Source: Histomonas meleagridis 2922-C6/04-290x (taxonomy: Eukaryota; Protista; Parabasalia). From it: a stretch of 64,000 bases of DNA. This document shows, piece after piece, positions 45,374 through 58,600 of this stretch. The DNA lies in assembly GCA_020184695.1 (NCBI GenBank), contig JAANOX010000270.1, forward strand, positions 1 to 64,000. The letters are read 5' to 3'. A program made the translations under genes and the position numbers. How positions within the stretch are numbered: the first letter of the stretch is position 1; every line of letters starts with the position of its first letter. Below the pieces are notes generated by a model. The model was not told where the DNA came from and searched no databases. It worked only from the letters and a program-made list of their open reading frames with translations.

Positions 45374-47117
45374 GTATTTGGTGAATATTTAAGTTTTTTG
45401 ACACAGCTTTGTTTCTAGTATCTGAAAATAAACATTTAGAAATCATTAAATTACTTGTTGAACAAAAAGGAATTGATATTAATGCAAAAAATATTTATTT
45501 GTTTTATTTAATAAATATTATAATATTTCAAAGTTTCAAAACAATATTTGGAAATGACTTAAATTATTTGATACAGCACTTATATATGCATCTGAAAATG
45601 GTCATGAAGAAATAGTCAAATTGCTTCTTGAACAAAAAGGAATTAAAATTAATGCTAAAGATATTTATTTATTTTATTTAAAATTTATTTTAATAATTTT
45701 ATATTTCAAAATAATATTTGGAAATTCTTTAAATTATTTAAAACAGCACTTATGTATGCATCTAAAAAAGGTCATACAGAAATAGTTAAATTACTTCTTG
45801 AACAAGAAGGAATTGATGTTAATGCTAAAGATATTTATTTATTTTATTTAAAATTTATTTTAATAATTTTATATTTCAAAATAATATTTGGAAATTCTTT
45901 AAATTATCTAATACAGCACTTATTTTAGCATCTTGGAATGGTCATACAGAAATAGTCAAACTACTTCTTGAACAAGAAGGAATTAAAATTAATGTTAAAA
46001 ATAAAATTTATTTTAATAATTTGATATTTTAAAATAAATCATGGAAATTACTTAAATTATTTGATACAGCACTCACAGAAGCATCTAGATATGGTAACAT
46101 AGCAATTGTTAAATTACTTCTTGAACAAAAAGGAATTAAAATTAATGTTAAAAATAAAATTTATTTTAATAATACTGGATTTCAAAATAATATTTGGAAA
46201 TTATTTAAATTATCTAATACAGCACTTATTTTAGCATCTTGGAATGGTCATACAGAAATAGTTAAATTACTTCTTGAACAAAAAGGAATTAAAATTAATG
46301 TTAAAGATAAAACTTATTTTAATAATTTGAGATTTTAAAATAATACATAGAAATTACTTAAATTATTTGAAACAGCACTTATGAAAGCATCTAAAAATGG
46401 TAACATAGAAATTGTTAAATTATTTCTTGAACAAGAAGGAATTGATATTAATGATAAAGATATTTATTTGTTTTGTTTAATATTTATTTTTAAAATTTTC
46501 TATTTCAAAATAATATTTGGAAATTATTTAAATTATTTAAAACAGCACTTGTTTGGGCATCTTTATATGGTCATACAGAAATAGTTGAATTACTTCTTGA
46601 ACAAGAAAGAATTGATATTAATGCTCAAGATATTTATTTGTTTTGTTTAATTTTTATTTTTAAAATTTTATATTTCAAAGTAATATTTGGAAATTATTTA
46701 CATTATTTAATACAGCACTTATATTTGCATCTAGAGATGGTCATACAGAAATAGTTAAATTACTTCTTGAACAAGAAGGAATTGATATTAATGCTAAAGA
46801 TAAAATTTATTTGTTTTATTTAAAATTTATTTTAATAATTTGATATTTCAAAATAATATTTGGATATTATTTAAATTATATAATACTGCACTTATATTTG
46901 CATCTAGACATGGTCATACAGAAATAGTTAAATTATTTCTTGAACAAGAAGGAATTGATATTAATGATAAAGATATTTATTTGTTTTGTTTAATATTTAT
47001 TTTTAAAATTTTCTATTTCAAAATAATATTTGGAAATTATTTAAATTATTTAAAACAGCACTTGTTTGGGCATCTTTATATGGTCATACAGAAATAATTA
47101 AATTACTTCAGAATTAA
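45323..47117 (+). repeat. Spacer-interrupted ankyrin array, locus E (11 modules, 11 spacers)
   Basis: 90-nt stop-free modules start at 45403, 45573, 45743, 45913, 46066, 46219, 46372, 46542, 46712 and 46885, with a terminal module 47055-47117 ending in TAA. Spacers are 80, 80, 80, 80, 63, 63, 63, 80, 80, 83 and 80 nt. Confidence 0.95.
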
Positions 47118-48142
47118 TTTGATCTTAATAAATGAAAAACATTAGTATATTTTCTCTCAAAGCAATACTTTGACTCAATGGTGGTTGCCTATGAAACAAC
47201 AAAATTTATAACTTTAAAAAAATATTTATGTCATTGATTATATATGTTTATTTTGTGACCATTTTATTTTTCTGTGTTGGGTTTTTTAATGAAGTAATAG
47301 TTTAAACGGTTTCTCAAATCATTTCTTTGTAGTTTTCAGAATTTCTTAAATCCTTATTTTTATACTGAAGGCTTGACATTATAAATTTATGATCATTATG
47401 TTTTTCAAAATGATAAAGGAACTGCTGCTGAAGTACCATTAACCCCAGAGAACCATAATACAAAAGTAAAACTTCTTGTTGAATGCGAAAAAGATTTTTC
47501 TATAATAGAAGAAGAAATTATTAATCAGAGTATAACTATTCATTTTATTTACCAAATGCGAATTTTGCAATCAGAACAAAACTAAAATTCTTTACATATC
47601 CAGAACCACATTTCCCTAGTCCTAATGAATTTAAAATATTTACACGTGAATATAACGAAACAAAATATTTTATTAATAAATAAATGCATTCCACTTAACA
47701 CTAAACTTGAATCACTTCCATATTACCAATGTTCGGAAGGTCTTTGTTATGGTCCGACTGGATTAACACCATTTTTCCGCTTCCATACAACTTATATTTC
47801 ATCCGAATCCATCATTTTTCTTTTTATTACTTCTTCCATCACACTTAATGTTCTTTACACTCCATGCATTTAACATGTTAAATAAATTTATGATATTTAC
47901 AAATTAAAATGAGTGATTTGTTTTTATTAAATATTTTTTTGAGAAATCTTTTTTTCTGTTTTTACAAATTTTCATGATGACATCATGGCAAAACAAAGAA
48001 AAAAATATGAAAAATGAGCTTTTTTAGTGAGATTAGATAAAACAATAAAAAATAAAAAAGGAGTAAATGAAATTAACATTGTACTTAAAATTCAACAAAA
48101 ATTACCAAGCAGGCTCGAAACTGTTTTTTGAACTAAAAAAAA

Positions 48143-48189
48143 GACCACCGGGAAGACTCGAACTTCCAACCTTAAGGTTATGAGCCTTT
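48143..48189 (-). pseudogene. tRNA-Met(CAT) 3' half
   Basis: AAGG-CTCATAA-CCTT anticodon arm, GGAAG-TTCGAGT-CTTCC T arm, 3' acceptor strand and T-run are present. The D arm and 5' acceptor strand are absent. Confidence 0.8.
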
Positions 48190-48506
48190 ATTACTTCTTT
48201 TTACATCGACAGACATATGCACATCTCATTCATTAACCCCGCAAATATCATTTAAAAAGTGGTTTGTATACTTTACATATGCGATACGATCATAAACAAC
48301 ACAAAAAATGGAATATGTCAAAAGATCGATTTCCGACCGTTAATGTATTTTGACAGTAAAGTTGATAATTAACCGTTGCATGTAAATAATTGAAATTTTT
48401 GAGGGCGGGGATGTCATGATTTTAACGTTGTCCGAAATTAATTTTATAACGATTATTTTTGACTCAAAAATTGAATTCGATGCACTTTTTCATAAATGAA
48501 CTAAAA

Positions 48507-49215
48507 TGAATAATTGGGAAACATTCAGTTTATTCAACAAATATTATTTTCCTTAAATAAAGAAAATGTTATTCAAGTAGCTCTTTCAGTATTTGGTCTA
48601 TTTGATAATAATTATCAGTATTCATTTAACTTACTTATTAGTGTTATAATTTTGTAACAAGTACAAATGAATCAGAAGTCTATATGAATTTCATTAAAAC
48701 AATAAGAGAATTAGAAGATAACAGACAAATTCAAAGTAAAATACATAATTTTTTTTTTTTTTAAATGACTTTAAACATTCATTTTCAAGAATCAAATTAT
48801 TTAGTTGAGAGAATGATTCAAGAAAATTTATGAATCAAATATAGTTAAAGATGAGCGATGAATCATATTTCATACATTTCATACATTTCATGCTAGATAT
48901 TCAATTTGATAAAATAAAAAATTCTCATATGCAGTAATTACTGTGAATTATCAAAGAATGATTGTGAACTTCATAAAAGACGAGTTAAAGAAGGACATAA
49001 CCCAAATGAAATAGTAAAAATAATTCAAAATGAAGAAATAGAAAAATTTCAGAAATATCATCACAAGCAAATTTTGATTTTAACCTGAAAATTGAACCAT
49101 CACTTTATGAAAGATGTTTATTTTTTAATGAAGAAAATTTCTCATTAATTGATTATGCAGCATTCTTTGGATCAATAAAATGTTTTAAATATTTAATTAT
49201 GAACAATGCAAAAAA
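48507..49215 (+). pseudogene. DUF3447/ankyrin pseudogene, locus F (no ankyrin array)
   Basis: Recognisable EGHNPNEIVKIIQNEEIEK...SLIDYAAFFGSIKCFKYLIMNNAK, with many stops and frameshifts. Confidence 0.8.
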
Positions 49216-49230
49216 TTAGGAATAAAAATT

Positions 49231-49359
49231 CATGAAAATTCTGAACAAAATGAAAATGATACAACAAATATATTTGTAAAGGAATTAACTTTTTCAAATA
49301 TTGGAGAAGATCCAATCGTATATGATTTTAAAGAAGATAAATTCATTGAGCAAATGTAA
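49231..49359 (+). pseudogene. Orphan BspA-type cytoplasmic tail fragment
   Basis: Reads ENSEQNENDTTNIF...GEDPIVYDFKEDKFIEQM-stop, homologous to the 38921 tail. Confidence 0.75.
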
Positions 49360-49605
49360 TTTTGCTTGATTAAGTTTCTAATAAAATACTTTATATTGGA
49401 AATTTCATTTAAAAAAAAAAAATTTAAACATAATATTGCTTTTGTGTGTAATTGATCAAGCACAAAAAGTTAATTACATTTAGGATTGAGTATAAAAAAA
49501 ATTCTTGGTGAATAAATTTTTATAAATAATAATGATCGAACTCTTTTTCGAAGATTAATTCGAAATTTGACTAGGTTTGTTTAGACATTAGTCAAAAATA
49601 TCTTC

Positions 49606-52600
49606 ATGGAAGCAATTATTATTCCCAAGAAATCGGAAGAGAATAATACAGACATTAATGATGTTTCAGATGTATGTTCAATGTCATTCCTCTCCAAAGT
49701 ATTTGGGGTAGCTAAAAAAGAAGACGATAATATCATTTATTACTCATCTTTAGCTCCAGATGAAGATCACCTGTCACTTACTCAATTCCTTTCGGATTAC
49801 ATTAATTCTTTACAATCAAATGGTCAACTATTCGTATCTTCAGATATTAGGCAATCATTAATGCACCATGCAAAAGATATTTTATCACAATCACATGGGG
49901 ACAACTGCGTCAATTCTCTTTATTCCAAGGCATTTAAACTTATAGAAAAATCTGTTAAAAGCTATATTGATAATCTTCCATCTCCATCTCAATATTCATC
50001 CAATATAACCGAAGATGACAAATCCATAGAGACCAATTTAGGTGCCATCATGTGTTATGCTTTTGTTCAATCTTTTTCTGATTTTTCCATTCTCTCATTA
50101 GATTTTGTCAAACAGTTATTTTCACATATTACCACAGCCTTTGACAACTTCCCCTCCAATGAAAAGATGGAAATCTCACAAAAGACAGCGAGTGACATTA
50201 CACGCTTTACTAATTCCATATTAGATAATCCAAAATTTTATGATTTTGATTTGCTTTCTCAAATATTTCGAATCCAAATGACATTTGCCAAAGCTTTAAA
50301 TGATGTTAAATACACATTTTCATATTTCAAATTTTTAGTTAATCCGGAAAACCGTTTAATCCTCACTAAAAATACATATAAATACTTTGATTATACTACT
50401 GAAGAAAGCACTAAAATAATTTATTCTATTCCACAATTTTCATTAATTACAAACATGAAAACTAATAAATTTATTGCGTATATGGAAACGGGTGAATTAA
50501 GTTTAATTGATATAACAGATAAATTAGAAATAAAAACAATCAAAAAGATCGAAAAGCCAAAAATGATATCAGTAGTTAATGAAATTTGTTTTTTATATTA
50601 TGAGAAACAAATTATTAAATATTTAAATATTAATAATCCAGAAACAATTGAAGAAATATCATTACCGAATGAATATAAAGAAGTTATTTTATTTTGGCAA
50701 AACATTTCAATGTTATCTATAATTGCAATTAATAATGAAAATGAATATTATTATTTAACATTAGATTCAAGTATGAATTTTTCGACACAACAAATATTAT
50801 TTGAATTGAAACAAAAACCAATTAATGCATATTCGATAAATGAGAACATGTTTATATTAAATTTCGATGAAAATGATAAAATTTGTTATAAATATGAAGT
50901 TAAAAATAATAAAATTCAACTTAAATCAATTAATTATTCGATATATTCACCAAAATTATTTTCATTTATTGATAAAAAGACATTTTATATATTTTATCCA
51001 TTTAATGATTCATATAATTTAATGATTTATGATAATAAATTAATTGAACTTAAATATTTCCCATTAATTTCATCAAATGAATTTGAGGAACAAATACAAA
51101 ATCAAATAATTGATCAAAAGAAAGTATTAATATCAATTATCTCGAAAATAATTAATAATAATTTCGAATTAACAAATGAATATAAATTTTTTGTGCATTC
51201 ACCAGAACGAAATTTAAATGAATTACTTAAATTAGGAAAACTTTATTTAAATGTATCGATACAATTTCTTGAATATATATTACAAATGATAGTAATTAAC
51301 TTATTTGAATTACAAAATAATTTAAATGAAGAACTTAAAAATGAAATTTTAGATTTTTATGAATCAATTTTAAGTTCGAATTTAGGAAAGAATTTGAATT
51401 TACAACATTTAATTGTTATATCATTTTGTATATCATTTCATGAATTATTTAATAATAATTATCAAAACATTCAAAAATATTTTAATATAATATTAAATGA
51501 TAAAGAGAAAATAATTAATTTAAATTATCCTGAAATAAATATAATATTATTTAATAAGCCAATAATATTTTATATATATTCAAATGAATTACAAAATTTA
51601 TTATTAAATAATTTGCCATCATTAATCATTAAAAAATTATTACTTAAATCATTTCATTCATTAATTCATGAATCAAATAATATAAAGTTTTTAGAAACTA
51701 TGGAATTCTTAAGTTTTTATTCGAATTATATAATGAAAATTACAGAATATATTTGTTCTAATATTAAACTTATTTATATGAATCCATTTTATAAATTATT
51801 AATTAAGTTTGGAATATTACTTCAATCACAAAATAATGTTTTATTATATTATTATGGACAAATTGTATCAAATTATATCGAAAACTTTTATGAACAATTT
51901 ATGAGTTTTAAACCTTTTATAGATACAGAAGAAAATTGTTTAAATGATATTAAATTACAATTAAATGATTTCCATCAAACACTTAATTTTACTTTAAGTA
52001 GTAATCGAAGAAGTCGAAATAAATATCAGAAAACGTATAACTTCCCATGTATATGTGAAATTGTTTTGAAACCTGATGGAAGAATCAAATTAAAACAAAA
52101 CTCTAAAGTGAAAATTTCATATAAATCTATTGATGGGACTGAACAAGAAATTACAGTTTTACCAAATTGTAAAGATATAATTAATAATCTTAAAATAATG
52201 TCTGATAACTTAAAGATTTCTTATTATAATCCAAATTATACATATCAAAATAATGTAAGTATTAATATCGATGTAAGTTATCGAGAAATTAAACCAAATA
52301 ATATATCAACAATGGCACATTTTACATTTTCATTATTATGTTATATCATTGGTAATTCATTAAAAAATGGTTTATTATCATTAAAGAAAACATCAAAAGA
52401 AGAAAAATTTAATGTTTTACTTGATAATAACATTGTACAAACAGTAAATAAAACTACAACATTAACTAAAGAAGAACAAAACTTATCACGAGGATTAAGT
52501 TTTAATATTGATATTAATAATAGTCAACAAATTTATTCAAGAGAAATGTTAGAAATGTTTTTAAATGATATAACTAATGATAAACCAATCGAAAATGGGC

Positions 52601-55600
52601 CAGCAAAGAAATTATTAGAACATTTATATAAAAATGTTCCATGTCGACATCGATTTCCGAAGATTAATTCCATCCAAAAAGTCGAGAGATATGTATTTGC
52701 ATGTTTATTAAAACATTTAGGAATATCAAATAGTGTATTATCATATGCATTTTTATTAGAAAAAGAAGAGAAATCACCAGTAATACCATCGAATTTACAT
52801 CAATTAATGCAAGTCATATATAAAATTCGATCGATTTTATTCTTAAAGAAACAAAAATTATCTGAAGAAGAATTCGAAAATGTTATAAATGAATATTTAT
52901 TTAAATGTCAACATTTATTAAATAATGAACCAATATTAAGAAGTTTAATTGGTAATGATAATAATAAAATTCATGATCAAATGACTTTAGAAGAAGCTAA
53001 AAAAGATATAATTTCATTTATATCTTCGGATATACCATTTAATGAAATCTTAGATTTATTAAAGATTCGTAAAGAAAGATATAAAATTCGAATGAATTCT
53101 ATTAATATTATATTAAATTTATTAAATTCTAAATCAAAACAAATGATTATAATATATTTGTCAACAATTTCAAATACAATTAATGAAATTATATCTTCAA
53201 AAGATTTAATTTCTTTGCCTCAAACTATGTTAGATGAATTAAAAGTAGCATATAAACAATATTTCATTAAAATATTTTCAATGATTGGTGATAAAGAACT
53301 TAATGAAACACAAGAAATTTATTGTATTAAAGCATTACCTAATATATTTAATGAGTTCTTTACACAAGAAGAATTAATTAATAATATTATTCCAATCATT
53401 TTAAACTCATTAAAATTAGAAAAGAAAAATTATATTAAAAAATCTCTTTGGTTATTATTAACTTCAATCATTTTCACAATTAAAAATAATTCATTAACCG
53501 AATTATTTACTATAATGATTAATGATAAAATGTTTGATAATAATAAATCACGAATATTAAAATATTTATCAGTTTTAGCTCAACAAAATGAATTTAATAA
53601 TTTTAATATATTTTTAAATTTATTACCAAATTCTTCAATTAAAATTTGTGTTTCATTATTCGAATTAATTGGACAATGTTTAGTATTTAATAATTATGAA
53701 ATTGATAATTTAATTTTTGATTTTAATAACAAAAAATATAATTTTAATGAATTCATTCATAAAATTTTATATTATATTGGTTCAATATATAAAGGAAATT
53801 TATGTGAATTATTAATTTCGAATAATTATAAATCACATTTTGTATTAATACAAGAATTAATATCATTTTTACGATTATTATTAAATCCATCATCTAAAGT
53901 ACGTATTTATATACAAAATATTATAAATGATTTAATTAAAGAAATTATTAAAAATCCAAAATTCGAAAATGATTTAGAACTTGAATATAAATCAATTGGT
54001 TTATTTTCAGTATTAGGAAAAGGTATTCATTCATTATCTAATACAAGTTATGTATCAAATGTATCAAATAAATTAATATATCCAAAGAATTCATCTGTCT
54101 TAAATAATGGTATTATTTATGATAGAGGTAATAAAATCAATTTGGATAAGAAAATTAAAATAATTCCAAATCCAAAAATTAATACATTTTCGAATATCAT
54201 TGAATTAACACCTGAAATATGTAAATTAATTAAATATTATTTGAATGAATTAAATATAAATGAATTCGATATGTTTCATTCTGTTTTGTTTAGCTTTTTA
54301 CCAATTATTACACAAAATAAAGAAAATCGAAAAATATTTTTAAATGAAATTCCAATTTCGATTTTACTTAAATATGTAAATGAGAAAATTTCAAATAAAT
54401 TCAAAACATTTGAAGAATTATCAAATGAAATAATTAATAATATATATAATAAAAATGATTTGGAATATATTCAAGACTTAAGATCATCGAAAATATATGA
54501 AAATAATATAATTAAATCAGAATCAATTACTACTTTTGGTTTAATTAATTCATATAAAAATGTTCTTCCATATTCATTTGAAATAATTATTAATGATAAA
54601 GATGAAAACTTTGATATTGATTTTGGATTTTTAGCTTATAATGATTTAACTAATAAATATTTACATTTATTAGTATCACCAACTTCGAAATATTTTGTGT
54701 TTAATAATGAATATGTTAAATTCCCAATTTTATTAAATGATAATTTTGAAGTTGGTAATAAATGCATTTGTAGTATTAACAATTCAAAGATATCATTTTC
54801 ATTTGAAAAGCAAAAAGTTACTTATTATATACCATTTGATATTGATAATTATTGTTATGTTCCAATTGTTAGAACGAAATCAAATAACATCGAATTTAAT
54901 ATGAAGAAAATCGAATTTAATGAATTAAGTGATTATAAACAATTAAATCTGTTTACAACTGCAGTACCACGTAAACAAAGAGAAAAAGTTGAAATCGAAG
55001 TCAATAATAAACCTATAAATGATGACTATATGTCAATTTTATTTGATGAAAATAAATTCGAACGAAATAAAAAATCAGAAAAGAACAAAGAAGTAAATAA
55101 TAAACCTATAAACGATGACTATATGTCGTATTTATTTGATGAAGAAAATAAAGAAGAAGAAACAAATGATAATGAAAACAAAGAAGAAAATGATAATGAA
55201 AACAAAGAAGAAGAAAATGATAATAATGAAGAAGAAGAGGAAGAAGAAGAAGAGGGTAATGATAATGATGAACCCGATTTAATAAGTTTACTTAATGAAA
55301 TATTCTTTGATCATACGAGTAATGATGATAATAGTGATGCTACTACAGTATCAGAAACATCTTCTTCGTCTTCTTCTTCATCTTCGTCTTCTTCATCTGA
55401 CAATTCTTCTGTTAGAGAAATCAAAAGAATGCGTAAAGTATTAAGAAAACAAAGAGTTAATACTAAAAAGAAAGAAAAATTAATGCGAAAAGGTATTACA
55501 CCAATGAATGACACTGAACAAATTTATATCGGAAACTTGGTTAAAATTGACAAATATAAATTAATATCTAATTTGATAAAAGATGGAAACAATTTAACGA

Positions 55601-58600
55601 AAACACAACGAAAATATTTAAATTCGATTGGAACAATTAAACGAATATATCAAAATGAAAACGAAACTTATAAAATTGATGTTGAATTTTATAATGTACA
55701 AAAAGGAGAAAATATAATATTACAATTTAATTCTGATGAAATTATACAAATCTCAACTAATCCAAACATAATTAAACATGAAGAGAACAATGAATTATTT
55801 AAATCTTATTCAATACGAATGATTCGTTATACATTTTTATTATTAATACAAGAAAATAAACCAGAAATATCTAATGAATTATTAAGTTATTTCGTTACAA
55901 TGATATTAGAATTAATACCAATGAACATAACAAATATTAAAACTAATTTAATGATTGATTTTATTGATCCTGATGAACAAAAAGAATTTTCGAATGTATT
56001 AATTTCAATTTTATTAAAATATTTCCAAGATGAAAACTTCGTCAAAACATTTTTCGAGAAATATTTATCAAAATGGCCGACATTTACATATGAAGAAATT
56101 ATGAAATTTATACCAAAAGAAACATATTTCAATATTAATAAACCAAATCGTTATTCCACTATTAATAAAACAATCACTAATAAAGATTCGATTGGATATT
56201 TAATAATCGAATCAAAAGAATCGAAATCAACACTTAATAAAATTATTATAAAAACTAAAAATAATGAAAAAGTTTATAATACATATGTTAAAGAGAAATT
56301 ATTTTCGAATTATATTAAAGGTAAAAACTTAACAATAGAATTTAAACCTAAAAATAATCGATATGATAAAATAATTTTAGGTATTTTACCTATAAATAAA
56401 TTACATTCTAATTTAGATTCACCTATAGGTTATTATCATTTATTAAATATATTCATTAAATTTTATCAACAAAATATGTTTTTAAGTGTCAACAAATTAA
56501 TATTAAAAGAATTACTTAACTCTATTGTCGATAATATCATCAATTATGATATATTTTCATGTGGATTTTATTATTCATTCATTAAAACATTATCAGAAAC
56601 TATTAAATTTAATACATCAATTGACGTAACATTAATAAATAAATTTAATAATTGGATTCAACCTTATATAACAAACTTAACTAATAATAATATACCTGAA
56701 CATTTACAACAAATGATTTATATTAAACAAATTTTATCACTATATTCAATCGAATGGAATTGTAATACATTTAAATGTGATGGATTTATTACACCTGAAA
56801 ATATTAATAATTTATATGAAAATATGAAGAATTATAAAGTTTATGATACAATGAAATCATTATTAAATCATGATGATTATCCTTCACATATTCGAAAGAT
56901 TATGGAAACTATTGACTTAGGATTTTCATTATCTAATTCGAACATTTTCATGAGTTATTTAATACTTGATGATTGGATTAAAATGAAGAACAAAGAAAAA
57001 ATCATTGAAATCAATGAAGATAATTATGAAGAAATTGTTTTGTTACCTTATGCATCTCAATTAAGCATTGAGTTATTAACTAATAATAATAATGAGAATG
57101 AAATAGAAATTAAAATATTAAATTCAAATAAAAATAATATATTAAATGTATTAAAAGATTCAATAGTATTAACAATTAATAAATTTGTTTTATTAGTGAA
57201 AAATCCAAATAAAAAATTAATAAAAATTAAAATAGTAATTACAAAGTTTAATGATAATATGAATTCATTATTCTCATTAAACATAAAAGAATTCTTTGAC
57301 TTATCAAATTATTACTCAACGAAATGGAAAATCGAATATGATGAAATCCTTTCACAAATTATCACTAAATATAAAGATGATGAACTTAAAGTTATACCCG
57401 AAGACACATTTATAATGTTTCCAAACATTCGAAACATTAAAGAAATTTATTTAAATATTCGTTTAAAGTTATTATATGAATATACAAATAAAACTAAAAA
57501 GATTTTACAATACTTAGATTTAAATAACCCTGACTTACCATTCTCAAATATATTATTAAAATCAAAATCATCTTTTACTATTCCATTAATTGCTAAAATT
57601 ATTCAACGAATTGTTGAACCAAATTCAAATCATCGACGCTTTGATATTGTTTTTAATCGTTCGAAGGCTGCACTTTTCATAAGCAATCCAAATAATTCAA
57701 AGGCGAAATCATTATTAAATCAATTAATAGAACAAATTTCGATTGATCAATTAAAGAAGTTAATTGTATTTGATGGTCCACCATGGCATGTAGAATTAGA
57801 AGGAGAAGGAGCATCAGATGCAGGAGGACCAGGCCGAGAATTATATTCACAAATATGTAATGAAATTATGAATCCTAATTCATCATATTTTATTAGTACT
57901 CCAAATCAACGTAATAATTCAGGACCTAATCAAGAAGTTCTTATACCGAATACAAAAGATTTTGATAATGAAAAACGAATTAAATATATTTATATTGGAG
58001 CATTAATGTCTATTGCTTATACATCGAAATTAACTCAACCATTTATGTTATCTAATTTGTTTTGGAATTATATGATATATGAAACTATTGACATTAATAA
58101 CATTTATGAAATCGATGAAGAGTTTAAGAATTTAATGGATTACGTCCGTAACTTTACTGTCGAAAGTGAATTTTCTACAATTTCACAATTAACTTTTACT
58201 GTTAAAAATAGTTATGGTGAAATTGTCGAGTTATTTAAAGATGGAAAAATCACGCAAGTTACATTCGATAATCGATTAAAATATTGTGAGTTATGTGAGC
58301 GATTTAGGATTAATGAATTCACTGATGTGTTAAGTAGTGTTCGCGAAGGAATGAAATTAATATTCGGTAATTCATTGTCAGCTTTAGTTCCATGGGAATT
58401 ACGGACATTATTATGTGGCGACTTTGATATTCCTATAAATGAATTAAAGAAACAATGTCAAATATTTAACCCGGTGATTAATGGTGTGAATTATGAGGAA
58501 ATGTTATTCGAAGCATTGCAAAGATTTTCGCCAGAAGAAAGAATGTTGTTCATTAAGTTCGGTTCTGGGAGAATGTCTTTGCCGCCGCCAGGAATGCAAT

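Noticed and set aside
45313-45406. GTAAGT...GACACAG as a canonical intron at the first spacer of locus E
   Set aside because: Splicing there gives an out-of-frame stop and removes the Thr-Ala codons. GTAAGT is simply Val-Ser in place of Ala-Lys and is absent from the other 27 spacers.
45661-45744. Spacers as U12-type AT-AC introns (ATATTTATTT...AAAAC)
   Set aside because: There is no ATATCCT donor or TCCTTAAC branch site, the join is out of frame, and the AT start is not conserved across spacers.
46003-46065. Stop-codon reassignment explaining in-frame spacers
   Set aside because: Long ORFs of 2242 and 3067 aa use the standard code and end at TAA. Most spacers shift frame, so read-through cannot fix them.
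45403-47117. CRISPR-like array or diversity-generating retroelement
   Set aside because: The repeats are coding modules in a eukaryote. There are no cas or reverse transcriptase genes in the window and no template/variable pair with adenine-only differences was evident.
47390-47873. Possible Mutator/zinc-finger transposase remnant (YYQCS...C...RFH)
   Set aside because: Too fragmentary to support any family assignment.
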